From assembly GCA_030603385.1 (NCBI GenBank), contig JAUVXW010000033.1:1-52680 (forward strand): 52,680 nucleotides of DNA. The letters are read 5' to 3'. This document shows, piece by piece, positions 1-9,962 of this stretch. A program made the position numbers and the translations under genes. The notes below the pieces were generated by a model. It saw nothing but the letters and a program-made list of their open reading frames with translations. It did not search any database and was not told where the DNA came from. Each line of letters starts with the position of its first letter. Position 1 is the stretch's first letter. This DNA is from Promethearchaeota archaeon (GTDB lineage Archaea; Asgardarchaeota; Lokiarchaeia; Sigyniarchaeales; SOKP01).

Positions 1-2
1 CC

Positions 3-80
3 AATACAATAGCTGATCGATCAGGACAAATTGAAGCAAAATTAGATAGAGATCCAGCGAGAGAGGTATATAAGAGATGA
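3..80 (+). CDS. Probable 3' end of a CDS entering from the left edge (…NTIADRSGQIEAKLDRDPAREVYKR*), product unknown
   Basis: Open frame from the window edge to TGA at 78-80, with coding-like composition relative to the AT-rich spacer that follows. Confidence 0.45.
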   Translation, partial: NTIADRSGQIEAKLDRDPAREVYKR

Positions 81-237
81 TAGAGCATAAATACAACGTC
101 AACTGGGAAAAATACCAACCTTGATTAAGAAATTCATTCAAACATAAACTTTTAGTTATGAGAAATTAATATATGATTAATAATTGGCTAAAATTTATCT
201 CAAAAGGTCATTTATATAAATAATATAGGGATCAGTT

Positions 238-969
238 ATGAGTAATTTACAAGATATTTTAATAATTGCACACAGAGGTGCAAACAAATTAGCTCCTGAG
301 AATACGTTAAAAGCTTTTCAAATTGCAATAGATTTAAAAGCGGATTACATAGAATTTGATGTACACAAAAGTAAAGACGGAGAAATTGTTATAATGCATG
401 ATGGTAATACTTATAGAACTACTGGGCATTTAGGATTAATCAAGAACATGACCCTTGAAGAGTTAAAACGACTTGATTGTGGTGAGGGTGAAACTATCCC
501 TACATTGCAAGAATTAATTGAAATCACTAAAGACGAAATCGGTTTAAATTGCGAGATAAAGGCAAGAGGAATTGCTGAAAAGACTGTAAAAATACTAAAT
601 GAATCAGATATCATAAATACAACGATAATTAGTTCTTTTAAACATGACATTTTGTTAAGGATTCAGAAATTAGAACCACGAATTAAATTAGCTTCATTAG
701 AACCCACGCGAACGGGATGGATAAAAAGTTGGTTGTCAAGGAAGAAATTATTTAGTATAGCAATTAAAAATAAGTTTTATGCGATTAATCCATTCTATAG
801 ACTTGTAAATCAGAAATTTATTACTGAAGCTCATAAGAATAATATTAAAATTTTTCCTTGGACAGTCAATTCTGATTCTAGCATTAAGAAATTAATAAAA
901 CTGGGTGTTGATGGAATTATTACAAATGAAGTTCACAGAGTTAAAAAGATTTTGAATGAACTAGGTTAA
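238..969 (+). CDS. Glycerophosphodiester phosphodiesterase (GDPD/UgpQ family)
   Basis: IAHRGA, PENT, IEFDV, HD, EIK, WTVN and GVDGIITN motifs. Confidence 0.95.
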   Translation: MSNLQDILIIAHRGANKLAPENTLKAFQIAIDLKADYIEFDVHKSKDGEIVIMHDGNTYRTTGHLGLIKNMTLEELKRLDCGEGETIPTLQELIEITKDEIGLNCEIKARGIAEKTVKILNESDIINTTIISSFKHDILLRIQKLEPRIKLASLEPTRTGWIKSWLSRKKLFSIAIKNKFYAINPFYRLVNQKFITEAHKNNIKIFPWTVNSDSSIKKLIKLGVDGIITNEVHRVKKILNELG

Positions 970-1124
970 CATTATTTTATAGGTAAAAGAAATTCTTAAT
1001 CAAGATACTCCAAATTTAGCTTTAAAATCATATCTTTCAGGCCAATACCTTAAAATATTTTAGGTATTCTTAACTAATCTACATAATTTTTAGTTTGATG
1101 TAAAGTTAAATCTGAATTTTTATC

Positions 1125-2609
1125 ATGCCTAACGCACTAAAATTAAACAACATTGAGTTTGAACGATTATTTTACCCAAAAGCCATTGGTATTATTGGAG
1201 TCTCTCCAGATATGAGGGGAGGAACCTTTTTTATTAGATGTATGAGAGGAAAGTTTAAAGGACCAATATATTTGTTTAATCCTAAATTAACTGGTCAAGA
1301 ATTATATGGATATAAAATTTATAATTCAATCTTAGATATTGAAGAACCTATAGACTACGTAATCTTAGCTATACCTGCACGATTATGTCCTAAAGTAATG
1401 GAAGAGATTGGGAAAAAAGGTGTTCCTTTTGTAACTGTCTTTGCATCAGGATTTCGCGAAGTAGGTAATGAAATCCTTGAACAGGAACTGTTAAACACTG
1501 CAAAACGGTATAATGTTAGAATTATAGGCCCAAATTGCTTAGGGGTTTATAATCCACGAGGTGGGCTTTATTTTGCTTTTGATCAATCCAGAAAGTCAGG
1601 AAATTTTGGAGGTATTTTTCAATCAGGAGGTATAGCACAAAATATGAGCCAACTCTGCGTTTCTTATGGATTATATGCTTCAAAATTTATATCAATTGGA
1701 AATTCTTTAGATTTATCACCGGTGGAATTCTTAAAATACTTTAATCAGGATGATTATACAAAAATAATCGGCTTATATATTGAAAACTTGAGATCTATAA
1801 ATCAAGGAAGACAATTTATGAAAGTCGTAAAGGATTGTAACCTCAATAGAAAACCAGTAATCCTTTGGAGAGCAGGATATGGTGAAGCTACAAAGAAAGC
1901 AATATTATCACATACAGGGGGGCTTGCTGGAAACAATGAAATGTGGAAGGCAGTTGGTAAGCAAACAGGGAGTTGTATTGTAAGTAACTCAAATGAACTT
2001 GCAGCATTGGCTTCAGCTTTTAATTTAACTCGTTTACCAGAAACTCGCAATGTTGGAGTTATTGGCATTGGTGGTGGTTCAACGATCGAAGCTATTGACA
2101 TACTAGAAAAATACAATTTAAAAATTCCAAATTTAACAGAAAAGACCGTACAAAAAATGCAAAGGTTCGTTCCTGATGTTAATACAAATGTGACTAATCC
2201 AATTGATCTTGGAGGTAGTGGGATCCAACCACATACATATTACCGAACAATTTTGGCTTTAGATAAAGACCCTAATATCTCTTCAATTGTGTTCATTAAG
2301 GATCCTGAACGATTTGGTGGATTTCAAGATTTATTGGAAGAAATTGGATTCAAAGGGATGAATTTAAATAGAGATTTTATTAGGTATGTTTCTAAGGCGA
2401 AAAGTGTTAGCACTAAACCAATGTATTGTGTTATGCTTAAAATAAATGAAGGATTCGAGGAATATAAAAGTAGATATAAGTTTAAAATGAAACTATTAAA
2501 CAAGGCTGTCCCAGTTTTTGAAAGCTTAGATCTCGCTGGAATGGTATTAGATAAAGTAAATAGTTACAGGGAATTCCTCCAAAAACATGAAAAATTCCCA
2601 AAAAATTAA
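1125..2609 (+). CDS. Acyl-CoA/acetate-CoA ligase (ADP-forming) alpha-subunit family, CoA-binding protein
   Basis: PKAIGIIGVS, ASGFRE, IIGPNCLG, QSGG, SHTG (phospho-His loop), NPIDL; no ATP-grasp domain. Confidence 0.88.
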   Translation: MPNALKLNNIEFERLFYPKAIGIIGVSPDMRGGTFFIRCMRGKFKGPIYLFNPKLTGQELYGYKIYNSILDIEEPIDYVILAIPARLCPKVMEEIGKKGVPFVTVFASGFREVGNEILEQELLNTAKRYNVRIIGPNCLGVYNPRGGLYFAFDQSRKSGNFGGIFQSGGIAQNMSQLCVSYGLYASKFISIGNSLDLSPVEFLKYFNQDDYTKIIGLYIENLRSINQGRQFMKVVKDCNLNRKPVILWRAGYGEATKKAILSHTGGLAGNNEMWKAVGKQTGSCIVSNSNELAALASAFNLTRLPETRNVGVIGIGGGSTIEAIDILEKYNLKIPNLTEKTVQKMQRFVPDVNTNVTNPIDLGGSGIQPHTYYRTILALDKDPNISSIVFIKDPERFGGFQDLLEEIGFKGMNLNRDFIRYVSKAKSVSTKPMYCVMLKINEGFEEYKSRYKFKMKLLNKAVPVFESLDLAGMVLDKVNSYREFLQKHEKFPKN

Positions 2610-3397
2610 TTATCTTTATTTTCTAGGTTTTTGATTTCAATAGGGCGTCCAGGGCTCCCTTGATAATAGTATTTTCCAGGTTTTCCTCTCCAGTTTTTAT
2701 GCAAGACAGTATTGGGGTAAATAACATTATTATCTTCAGTTATAACATTTGGACCTATAATATCACCTGGGTATATAGTAGTATTTTTTCCTAATTTGAT
2801 TTCCAACATAGTAATTTTACCAAAAATTGTATTAACTGCGTGACTTGATAATCCACTTGAAGGATAGATAAAAACATTGTCCCCTAAGTCCGTAAATTCT
2901 AATCCTACATAACCATCACAATAAATTACATTTTGTCCAATTTTATTATGACCTAACCTTCGAAGCGTCCGGTTAACAAGCCAAGGAAACGGTGATTTTG
3001 ACGTCAACCACATAGGATATTTGATAATAAACCCTCGTTTATGGTAGTATTTCATCAATTTTCCTTCAGGACTGTTAATATCATCAAGAACCCTTGCAAA
3101 AACACCTTGTTGTGGTGGAGATTTTTTGTTCCAACTTCGAACCCATAGAGCTGTAAATTCGATTAATACTATTAAATAAATATAATATAATAAAAAGAGA
3201 AATCCTGGTAAAATAAGAAAGTGGATAAGAGGATGAATTGAGAATAAGTTAATAAAGCAATATTCAAACATTAGAAAAAGTCCTAAACAAATATATAGAG
3301 GAACGAGAAAGCTAATAAAATTTATTTTAAAGAAGTCAAAAGCCGGAAGTTCTACTGTTTTCCCTTCAGTTTCTTTAGATGATTCGCTTTTTTTCAT
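2606..3397 (-). CDS. Membrane protein with a C-terminal left-handed beta-helix (hexapeptide-repeat, acyltransferase-like) domain
   Basis: Two N-terminal hydrophobic helices; KIGQNV, DLGDNVFI, KLGKNTTI, IIGPNV repeats; GSPGRPI tail. Confidence 0.65.
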   Translation of the reverse strand: MKKSESSKETEGKTVELPAFDFFKINFISFLVPLYICLGLFLMFEYCFINLFSIHPLIHFLILPGFLFLLYYIYLIVLIEFTALWVRSWNKKSPPQQGVFARVLDDINSPEGKLMKYYHKRGFIIKYPMWLTSKSPFPWLVNRTLRRLGHNKIGQNVIYCDGYVGLEFTDLGDNVFIYPSSGLSSHAVNTIFGKITMLEIKLGKNTTIYPGDIIGPNVITEDNNVIYPNTVLHKNWRGKPGKYYYQGSPGRPIEIKNLENKDN

Positions 3398-3485
3398 AAT
3401 ATAATAATTGGTAAAGATCTTTAAAAAATTATTTCTAATAGATTAGAGTTAAAAAAGTAAAAGTAAGGTGACACTATAAGAAATT

Positions 3486-4765
3486 TTATAACTGTATTGT
3501 TTTCTGCATTTTCTTAGATTGTTCCTTTTGCATTAATGGAACGATATTTTTAAAGGTCATGATAAAAGCTCCTAATGCAAGTAATCCCATAGCGAATCCA
3601 TATAATAAAGGTTCAAAATCTTGTAGTAGGAATGTTCCTAATAAAGGTCCTACTATTTGAGCAAGACTGTCTAAAGTTGTAGTATAGCCATTTATTTTTC
3701 CCATCTCTTTTGGTGTAACAGTTTGAGTGACTTCACTTATTAAAATTCCTCTTGAACATGAAACGCCATAACTTATAAAGACCATTAAAACTATAAAAAC
3801 CCAAATTTCTGAATAAAAAGTACCGAAAATTCCAATAAGAAAGAATGTTCCCACCAAAATTGATAAACCGAGATATTTCATTTTCTTTTCGCCTAGCTTT
3901 CTCATCGTAGGGTTAAACAATGTAAAACGTACAATCGCTCGTGATATGCCTGAAACTGTTAAAAGTAAACTTATACCTATCGTATCAAGCCCTAATATTA
4001 ATCCAATAAAAAGAGCAAGTGTTGATACATACATCATAAAAGAAAATGTATGGAGTGCAAACTGTGTTAATAGATATAGTGCCTCTTTGTTTTTCCATAG
4101 GTTAACTTTGATTTTGACATGTTTTTCCGCTTTTTCCCTTTTAGATTTTGGCCAAGATTCTTCTATAAAGAAGATCGTTGTAATGATAGTTAACAAAGAA
4201 AAACCCGTAGCTACTAACCCCGGAAGTGCCATTGGAAAAGATGGACCAAATATTAGATATATAGATAAAAATCCCCCCAAACCTGGAGCAACAAGTCCAG
4301 CAATAGTCATAACTACCCCAACATTTGTCATTTGCAGACCTCGATCTTTTGGGGAACGCGATCTGTAATGATGGCTTTTGTAAGTGGAAAATTCCCACCA
4401 AAAATTCCATCTACAATTCGAGCGATAAAAAACATCGTTAATGTGTTTGAAAATGCTAGAATTAAGAAAGCAGAACATGTACCAGCTTCAGCAATTAAAA
4501 GTATCGGTCTTCTTCCATGTTTGTCACTTAATCTACCCCAAATAGGTGCTGAAAAAAGTGAAAACATAGCATTTGTTGCAAGCAATAATCCAATCATGAA
4601 AGGAGTTGTATCGAAAACATCAATTAAGGCAGGTAAATAAGGTAAAATTATATAAAAGCCTAAAACGTCAATTAGTAAGCCAATCCATAAAGGATTTAAT
4701 TCAGGATATTTTGTCTTTGCAGGTGGTGCTTGTTTATGTGATTGATTAGCTGATTCTTGATCCAT
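3486..4765 (-). pseudogene. TetA-like MFS transporter split by a single -1 frameshift near 4347-4354
   Basis: N-half (4765-4328) has motif A GRLSDKHGRR and ARIVDG; C-half continues in another frame (…PKDRGLQMTNVG…APGLGG…EESWP). One extra C in GTTCCCCAAAAGAT restores DRVPPKDRG. Confidence 0.85.
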
Positions 4766-4900
4766 AGTTAAAAAAAAAAAGATATTTAGTGAATTAGATC
4801 GGAAAATTTAAACTCATTTTTAAAATTTCTATTTCCAAATTCAAAGCATTAAACATTTCTAATGCTTTTTTCCTTTAAAAAATTAAAGTTTGATTATTAC

Positions 4901-5737
4901 TTATTTCTTTAAGAATTCTATTATCATCTGATTTATCTCTGGTGCATTAGATTTGTGAGATTCGTGCCCTGCTTTTTCTATTACTTTTAAAGTACTATTT
5001 GGTATTAAATTGTGAATCTCCATCATTCTCTCTTTTGGTACAAGTACATCATGAGAAGCCGTGAGTAGTAACGTCTCTTGCTTAATTTTGTGCAAATTAT
5101 TAAAAGCATTATGGGTTTTAAAAGAGTAAGATATATTTCGAATATCATGCGGAGTAGGGGGATCCGTAGTATAATAGTCGATAAGGTCTTCTACAGACCA
5201 TAATCCATGAAATTTTTCCTTGGGATTGTCAAGCATTTTTTCCCGAAATTTATGATAAAATCCAAACTGAGTGCTTTCCCAAAATGCTTTAACGGGATCT
5301 TTTTTTCTGAGTTCCAATCCCTTAATTCTCATCTGAATATACGGTTCAGGATCATACCCATCAGGAATTTTTGGCAACGAATTTATGAGAACAAGTTTAT
5401 TTACAATCTCAGGATACTTCACTACAACATTCTGGGCAATCATCCCTCCAAATGAGTGTGCTATTAAATTTATTTTTTCTATTTTCAGGAAATCAATCAA
5501 TCCCTTAATATCTTCAACAAATATATCCATAGAGTAATGATAATTCGGTCTTGAGCTCTTTCCAGCCCCCCTCATGTCCACCGCGATGATCTTGAAATGT
5601 TTAGATAATTCGGGGATTTGAGCCATAAAACCTTCTTTTTTAGAACCAAAACCATGAAGAAGGAATGTCGGGAATCCTTCACCTTGACTCAAATAACAAA
5701 TTTTTATACCATTTACCTCAGCAAAAGCTTCTGACAT
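4901..5737 (-). CDS. Alpha/beta hydrolase
   Basis: LLHGF, DMRGAGKS, AHSFGG nucleophile elbow, D, AGH. Confidence 0.93.
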   Translation of the reverse strand: MSEAFAEVNGIKICYLSQGEGFPTFLLHGFGSKKEGFMAQIPELSKHFKIIAVDMRGAGKSSRPNYHYSMDIFVEDIKGLIDFLKIEKINLIAHSFGGMIAQNVVVKYPEIVNKLVLINSLPKIPDGYDPEPYIQMRIKGLELRKKDPVKAFWESTQFGFYHKFREKMLDNPKEKFHGLWSVEDLIDYYTTDPPTPHDIRNISYSFKTHNAFNNLHKIKQETLLLTASHDVLVPKERMMEIHNLIPNSTLKVIEKAGHESHKSNAPEINQMIIEFLKK

Positions 5738-5754
5738 AATAAATGAAAAGTATC

Positions 5755-6588
5755 TTAGCTTTTAAGAAAATCGATAATTATTTGATTAACCTCAGGTGCG
5801 TTTTCTAATGGAAAATAATGACCTCCTGAAACAATCCTCAGTTCACTATTAGGTATTTTTTCATGAACTTGTTCACTTGATATTATTGGAGTTAACCTAT
5901 CTTTTTCACCTGCAATTATCAAAGTTTTATGTTTAATTTTATGAAGGTCTGCTAAAGTATTATGATCTGCTAAGGCATTGGAATGATTTACAATATCTTG
6001 AGGAGTCCAAGCGTTCTCATTTTCACTCTTAATAAGATTTTCCGCAGAAAAGATTCCATGGAATTGTTTTTTAGGATCGGATTTCATTAATTTGAGAAAC
6101 TCACGTGTGAACCTTACCTTCATCTTAGTATAGAAACCACTAATAGGATCCTTTATTCTTGCTTCATATAAAGCAATTTGATTATCTTTAAATATATCAA
6201 TTCCTTTTTGATCAGGCAAACCCGGATTTGTACTCATCAATATTAGTTTATTGACACGTTCAGGATAATTTATAGTAAAGTTTTGAGCTATAAAGCTCCC
6301 TAGTGAATGACCAATTAAATGAGCCTTTTGAATATTAAGGAAATTCATTAAACCTTTTAGATCTTCTACCAACATCTTCATTGTATAAGGCATATTTGGA
6401 CGATCAGATTCTCCTACACCCCTATTATCAAACCAAATTACCTTAAATTGAGTGGATAAAACGTCTATTTGTCCCATCCAAAATTCTTTTTTAGCAAACC
6501 CGTGAATAAGAAAGATTGGATATCCTTCACCCTTAAATTTAAAACATAATTTTATTCCTTCAACATCAACAAATGAGATTTCGCTCAT
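5755..6588 (-). CDS. Alpha/beta hydrolase (tandem paralog of 4901-5737)
   Basis: LIHGF, DNRGVGES, GHSLGS, GEKDRL, GGH. Confidence 0.93.
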   Translation of the reverse strand: MSEISFVDVEGIKLCFKFKGEGYPIFLIHGFAKKEFWMGQIDVLSTQFKVIWFDNRGVGESDRPNMPYTMKMLVEDLKGLMNFLNIQKAHLIGHSLGSFIAQNFTINYPERVNKLILMSTNPGLPDQKGIDIFKDNQIALYEARIKDPISGFYTKMKVRFTREFLKLMKSDPKKQFHGIFSAENLIKSENENAWTPQDIVNHSNALADHNTLADLHKIKHKTLIIAGEKDRLTPIISSEQVHEKIPNSELRIVSGGHYFPLENAPEVNQIIIDFLKS

Positions 6589-6659
6589 GATATAATATTA
6601 TCATATGAAATAATATAATTTTAACGCTCTAAAATTATTTCTTGGTCATTTCACAGGAA

Positions 6660-7718
6660 CTATATAATCTTACATCCACAAAATATACAATTTCCATTAG
6701 TATCCAAAGATAAATTTTTAATCCCTAAATAATTTCGTTCAATCACCATTTTTGAACATTGTGGACAAAAAGTATTACTATATCTTGTATTAGGCATATT
6801 CCCCAAATATACAAATTTCAATCCTTCATTTTTTGCTATTTTATATGCATTATTTAAGTAATTTAAAGGAGTTGAACTAGTAATTCCATGATCACTTGAC
6901 TTATATTGTGGAAAAAATCGCGATAAATGATATGGGGTATCATCTCCCAATTCATTGAAAATTCTTTTTGATATATATCTCATTGTAGAATTATCGGTGT
7001 TTAATTTAGTAATGAGTAGTGTAGTAATTTCGACATGAACTCCTAAATCTTTTGCTAATTTAGCATTTCTCCACACATTTTCTACATTAATACCGCAATA
7101 TTTCTGAACCATATCTGTTTCTCCTTTGATATCAATATTCATTGCGTCAAGCCCAGCTTCTACTAAATCTTTTAAAACGTTCTCCGTCATATAGCCATTC
7201 GACACATAAGTATTATATAATTTCTTTTGCTTAGCTAGCTCAAAGGCTTCCAATGAATATTCAAATAATAATGTAGGCTCATTAAACGAAATAGAGGTGC
7301 CTTGACAGCCTTGTTTTAAAGCTAGATCAATAAACTGTTTTGGAGAAATAAATCTCTCATAATGATTCATTATCTCTAAGATATTCCTTTCGGGATGAGA
7401 CATATGATGATTTTGGCACCAGAAACAATCGAAATTGCATCCAAAACTACCAATTGTAAGTGCTCTACTACCTGGAAAGAAGTGATAGAGTGGTTTTTTT
7501 TCAATAGGATTATTAGACATTCCCGCATTACATCCAAAAACAATGGTATAGATACATCCATTTAGATTATACCTAGTTTGACAATGGCCTAATGATCCTT
7601 CTGATATTTTACATCTTCTCTCACATGTTAAACACTGAATAATTTTACCATTAATTCTTTTCTGATATTTTGCTTTCTTTAGGAAATTATTGTTAATTAA
7701 ATCTATTTCTATTTTCAT
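6660..7718 (-). CDS. amrS: AmmeMemoRadiSam system radical SAM enzyme
   Basis: CxxCxxxC N-terminus, PIEKKPLYHF, GCNFDCFWCQN, FNEP, VSNGY, NIDIKG, EITTL, C-terminal CPxC…CxxCG. Confidence 0.9.
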   Translation of the reverse strand: MKIEIDLINNNFLKKAKYQKRINGKIIQCLTCERRCKISEGSLGHCQTRYNLNGCIYTIVFGCNAGMSNNPIEKKPLYHFFPGSRALTIGSFGCNFDCFWCQNHHMSHPERNILEIMNHYERFISPKQFIDLALKQGCQGTSISFNEPTLLFEYSLEAFELAKQKKLYNTYVSNGYMTENVLKDLVEAGLDAMNIDIKGETDMVQKYCGINVENVWRNAKLAKDLGVHVEITTLLITKLNTDNSTMRYISKRIFNELGDDTPYHLSRFFPQYKSSDHGITSSTPLNYLNNAYKIAKNEGLKFVYLGNMPNTRYSNTFCPQCSKMVIERNYLGIKNLSLDTNGNCIFCGCKII

Positions 7719-7758
7719 AACCAGTTTAGCATAAATTATTAATCTAGAATTAGTTAAC

Positions 7759-9939
7759 TTACCTAAAAAACTCTTTAACTATAAGTGTACAAAATTTAAT
7801 TAATTTATTTCCTAAATCTGTTTTATCTGTTGATGTAGTTAAAATCCAGTTTTTATCATATAATTGATCTAAATATTCTCCTTTTGCATCAATTGAAAAA
7901 GCAAATACATTGAATATCTTTTTAACATCATGTATTTCTTTTATTGCGTCAAATAATCCATAGTTCCTTGATCCAGCAGGCTGTCCATCTGATATAATAA
8001 TTATTAAAACATCCTTTTCTAATTTTTCAGCTTCATGTTTCATAGAAACGCCATCTAAATTGCTACAAATATTGGCATGGCAACCAAACTTATCAAATTT
8101 TTTAGGATCTGGCTTATCATTAAAATCTTTTAAAAGAATGTTTATAGCATCATAATCACCTGTAAAAAGTACAATACGTAATTGAGCAATTTCATAAATC
8201 GCTTCACATAACATTATCATTGCAATTTTAGCGGCTTCCAATTTAATTCCTTTCATACTCCCACTAATATCTACTAATAAGAGAATTTTAAGTTCTTTTT
8301 GTTTAATTTTTCTTGAAAAACATTTTTTATACTTAAATTCACTGGTAACAGCTTTAATGAATTTATTATTTAATCTCCCCCTCTTTTGAAAGTTATCAAT
8401 GTCAATTTGATTTTTAAAATCTCTAAAAATAAATTTAATTCTTGCAATTAAGTTTTTATAGGTTCCTATGATTTGGCTATATGATTTTTCAATAGGTTTC
8501 ATATTCTCATTTTCAATACGAACATCTTTAACTTGTCGTTCACGATTACCTTTAATTAATTTTTCAAAACTACTTCCTTTTTCAAGGATGAAGAGCCTAT
8601 CTTCCATGGCGTTTTGTGCATCTGTTACTAATTTTATAAATTCCTCTAAATATCCTCCTTTTTCGAGATCTTGGTTATTTATATCTAATTCATTTAATAT
8701 GTTTGATGATAATCCTTCCAAGCAATCTAACTCATTTTGTACATTTTTATTGATAGGTTCTTCTCCAGTTAATTCAGGATTAAATTTTTGTTCAATACTT
8801 TCAGCAATTTCAATTAAGTTATTATTCATACCATCTTGTTCTTTATCTATATTAGAACTAGCTATTTTATTTTGTTCTTCTTTAATTGAATCTAGTTCTT
8901 CAATAAACTTTTCAATATCTTCAGTGGTTAAATTTGAATCTTTTATTTTTTCTATGAGCTTTTCACTTGTAGCATTTAATTCTGTTTTTTCCATTATCTC
9001 CTTTTTGTCACTGAAATCTTCATAATGGTTTAATAAAGGCTCATTTTCCCCATGATTAAATTCTTGATATGTGTCATACTCAGATTCATCATAGTAGCAA
9101 GGATCTTCCATAAAATCTGAATCTATATCACATTCAAAATCTGTCTCATATTTCTCTATTGAAGTAAACTCTCCTTCTGTTTCTACGACATCATAACCAA
9201 ATTCTTCATCATATATTTGTTTCTCATAACTACCTTGAGAAGATTGGTGTATTTGAGGTGGGATCCTTCTAATAATTTTCTTCCGATAATATTTTTTTAA
9301 AATTTTGCAAAGTTGATCAATAGTTATAATTGAGGAAGCAGGTGTTAATGCTTTCAAAAGAAATGTTTTAGCAATAGATATAGCATTCCAATCTTCCTCA
9401 GACATTACTTTTGATCGAAATTTAGGTTTTTTCTGAAAATCTTTATAATCTTCCATATACAAATTTATATAGATAAGGATATCTCCTGATTTTTTCATTC
9501 TTAATTTTAACTCTGGAAGTAATTTTTTAGTAAGTTTTCTTAAATTTTTGTAGAATCCAGGGAATTTTATATTATTTAATGCATTAATTCTTACGTCTTC
9601 TACAACATTAATTACTTTTTTTACAAGAAACTCGGGTAAAGTATGCTTGGTACTAATAGTTTTTACCAATTTAATGAAGGATAATTCATATGAGCCATAA
9701 CCAATGTGACCACTTTCATGGGCTACTAATCCCTGTGCTGATGGTATATCATTCTTAGTATTTTGTGGTAAGTAAATAAAACTCCCATCAGTAAAAGCTA
9801 CATGCGAAGTTTGGTTGAACAAAATTAAAATATTAATGTTCCCACTAATCCTTTTAGCGATATTTGTTAAAGCTAATGAATCTGATAAAAAATCTTTATC
9901 GAAAAGCTCATATAAGTTGGATAAATCAATCACCACCAC
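7759..9939 (-). CDS. vWA-domain protein (CobT/NorD/CbbO-like) with N-terminal HExxH region and acidic linker
   Basis: MIDAS DISGSM…ISDGQP; N-terminal AFTDG, AHESGH, NVVEDVRI; D/E-rich middle. Confidence 0.85.
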   Translation of the reverse strand: MVVIDLSNLYELFDKDFLSDSLALTNIAKRISGNINILILFNQTSHVAFTDGSFIYLPQNTKNDIPSAQGLVAHESGHIGYGSYELSFIKLVKTISTKHTLPEFLVKKVINVVEDVRINALNNIKFPGFYKNLRKLTKKLLPELKLRMKKSGDILIYINLYMEDYKDFQKKPKFRSKVMSEEDWNAISIAKTFLLKALTPASSIITIDQLCKILKKYYRKKIIRRIPPQIHQSSQGSYEKQIYDEEFGYDVVETEGEFTSIEKYETDFECDIDSDFMEDPCYYDESEYDTYQEFNHGENEPLLNHYEDFSDKKEIMEKTELNATSEKLIEKIKDSNLTTEDIEKFIEELDSIKEEQNKIASSNIDKEQDGMNNNLIEIAESIEQKFNPELTGEEPINKNVQNELDCLEGLSSNILNELDINNQDLEKGGYLEEFIKLVTDAQNAMEDRLFILEKGSSFEKLIKGNRERQVKDVRIENENMKPIEKSYSQIIGTYKNLIARIKFIFRDFKNQIDIDNFQKRGRLNNKFIKAVTSEFKYKKCFSRKIKQKELKILLLVDISGSMKGIKLEAAKIAMIMLCEAIYEIAQLRIVLFTGDYDAINILLKDFNDKPDPKKFDKFGCHANICSNLDGVSMKHEAEKLEKDVLIIIISDGQPAGSRNYGLFDAIKEIHDVKKIFNVFAFSIDAKGEYLDQLYDKNWILTTSTDKTDLGNKLIKFCTLIVKEFFR

Positions 9940-9962
9940 TAAATTTCATATAGAACTTTTAT

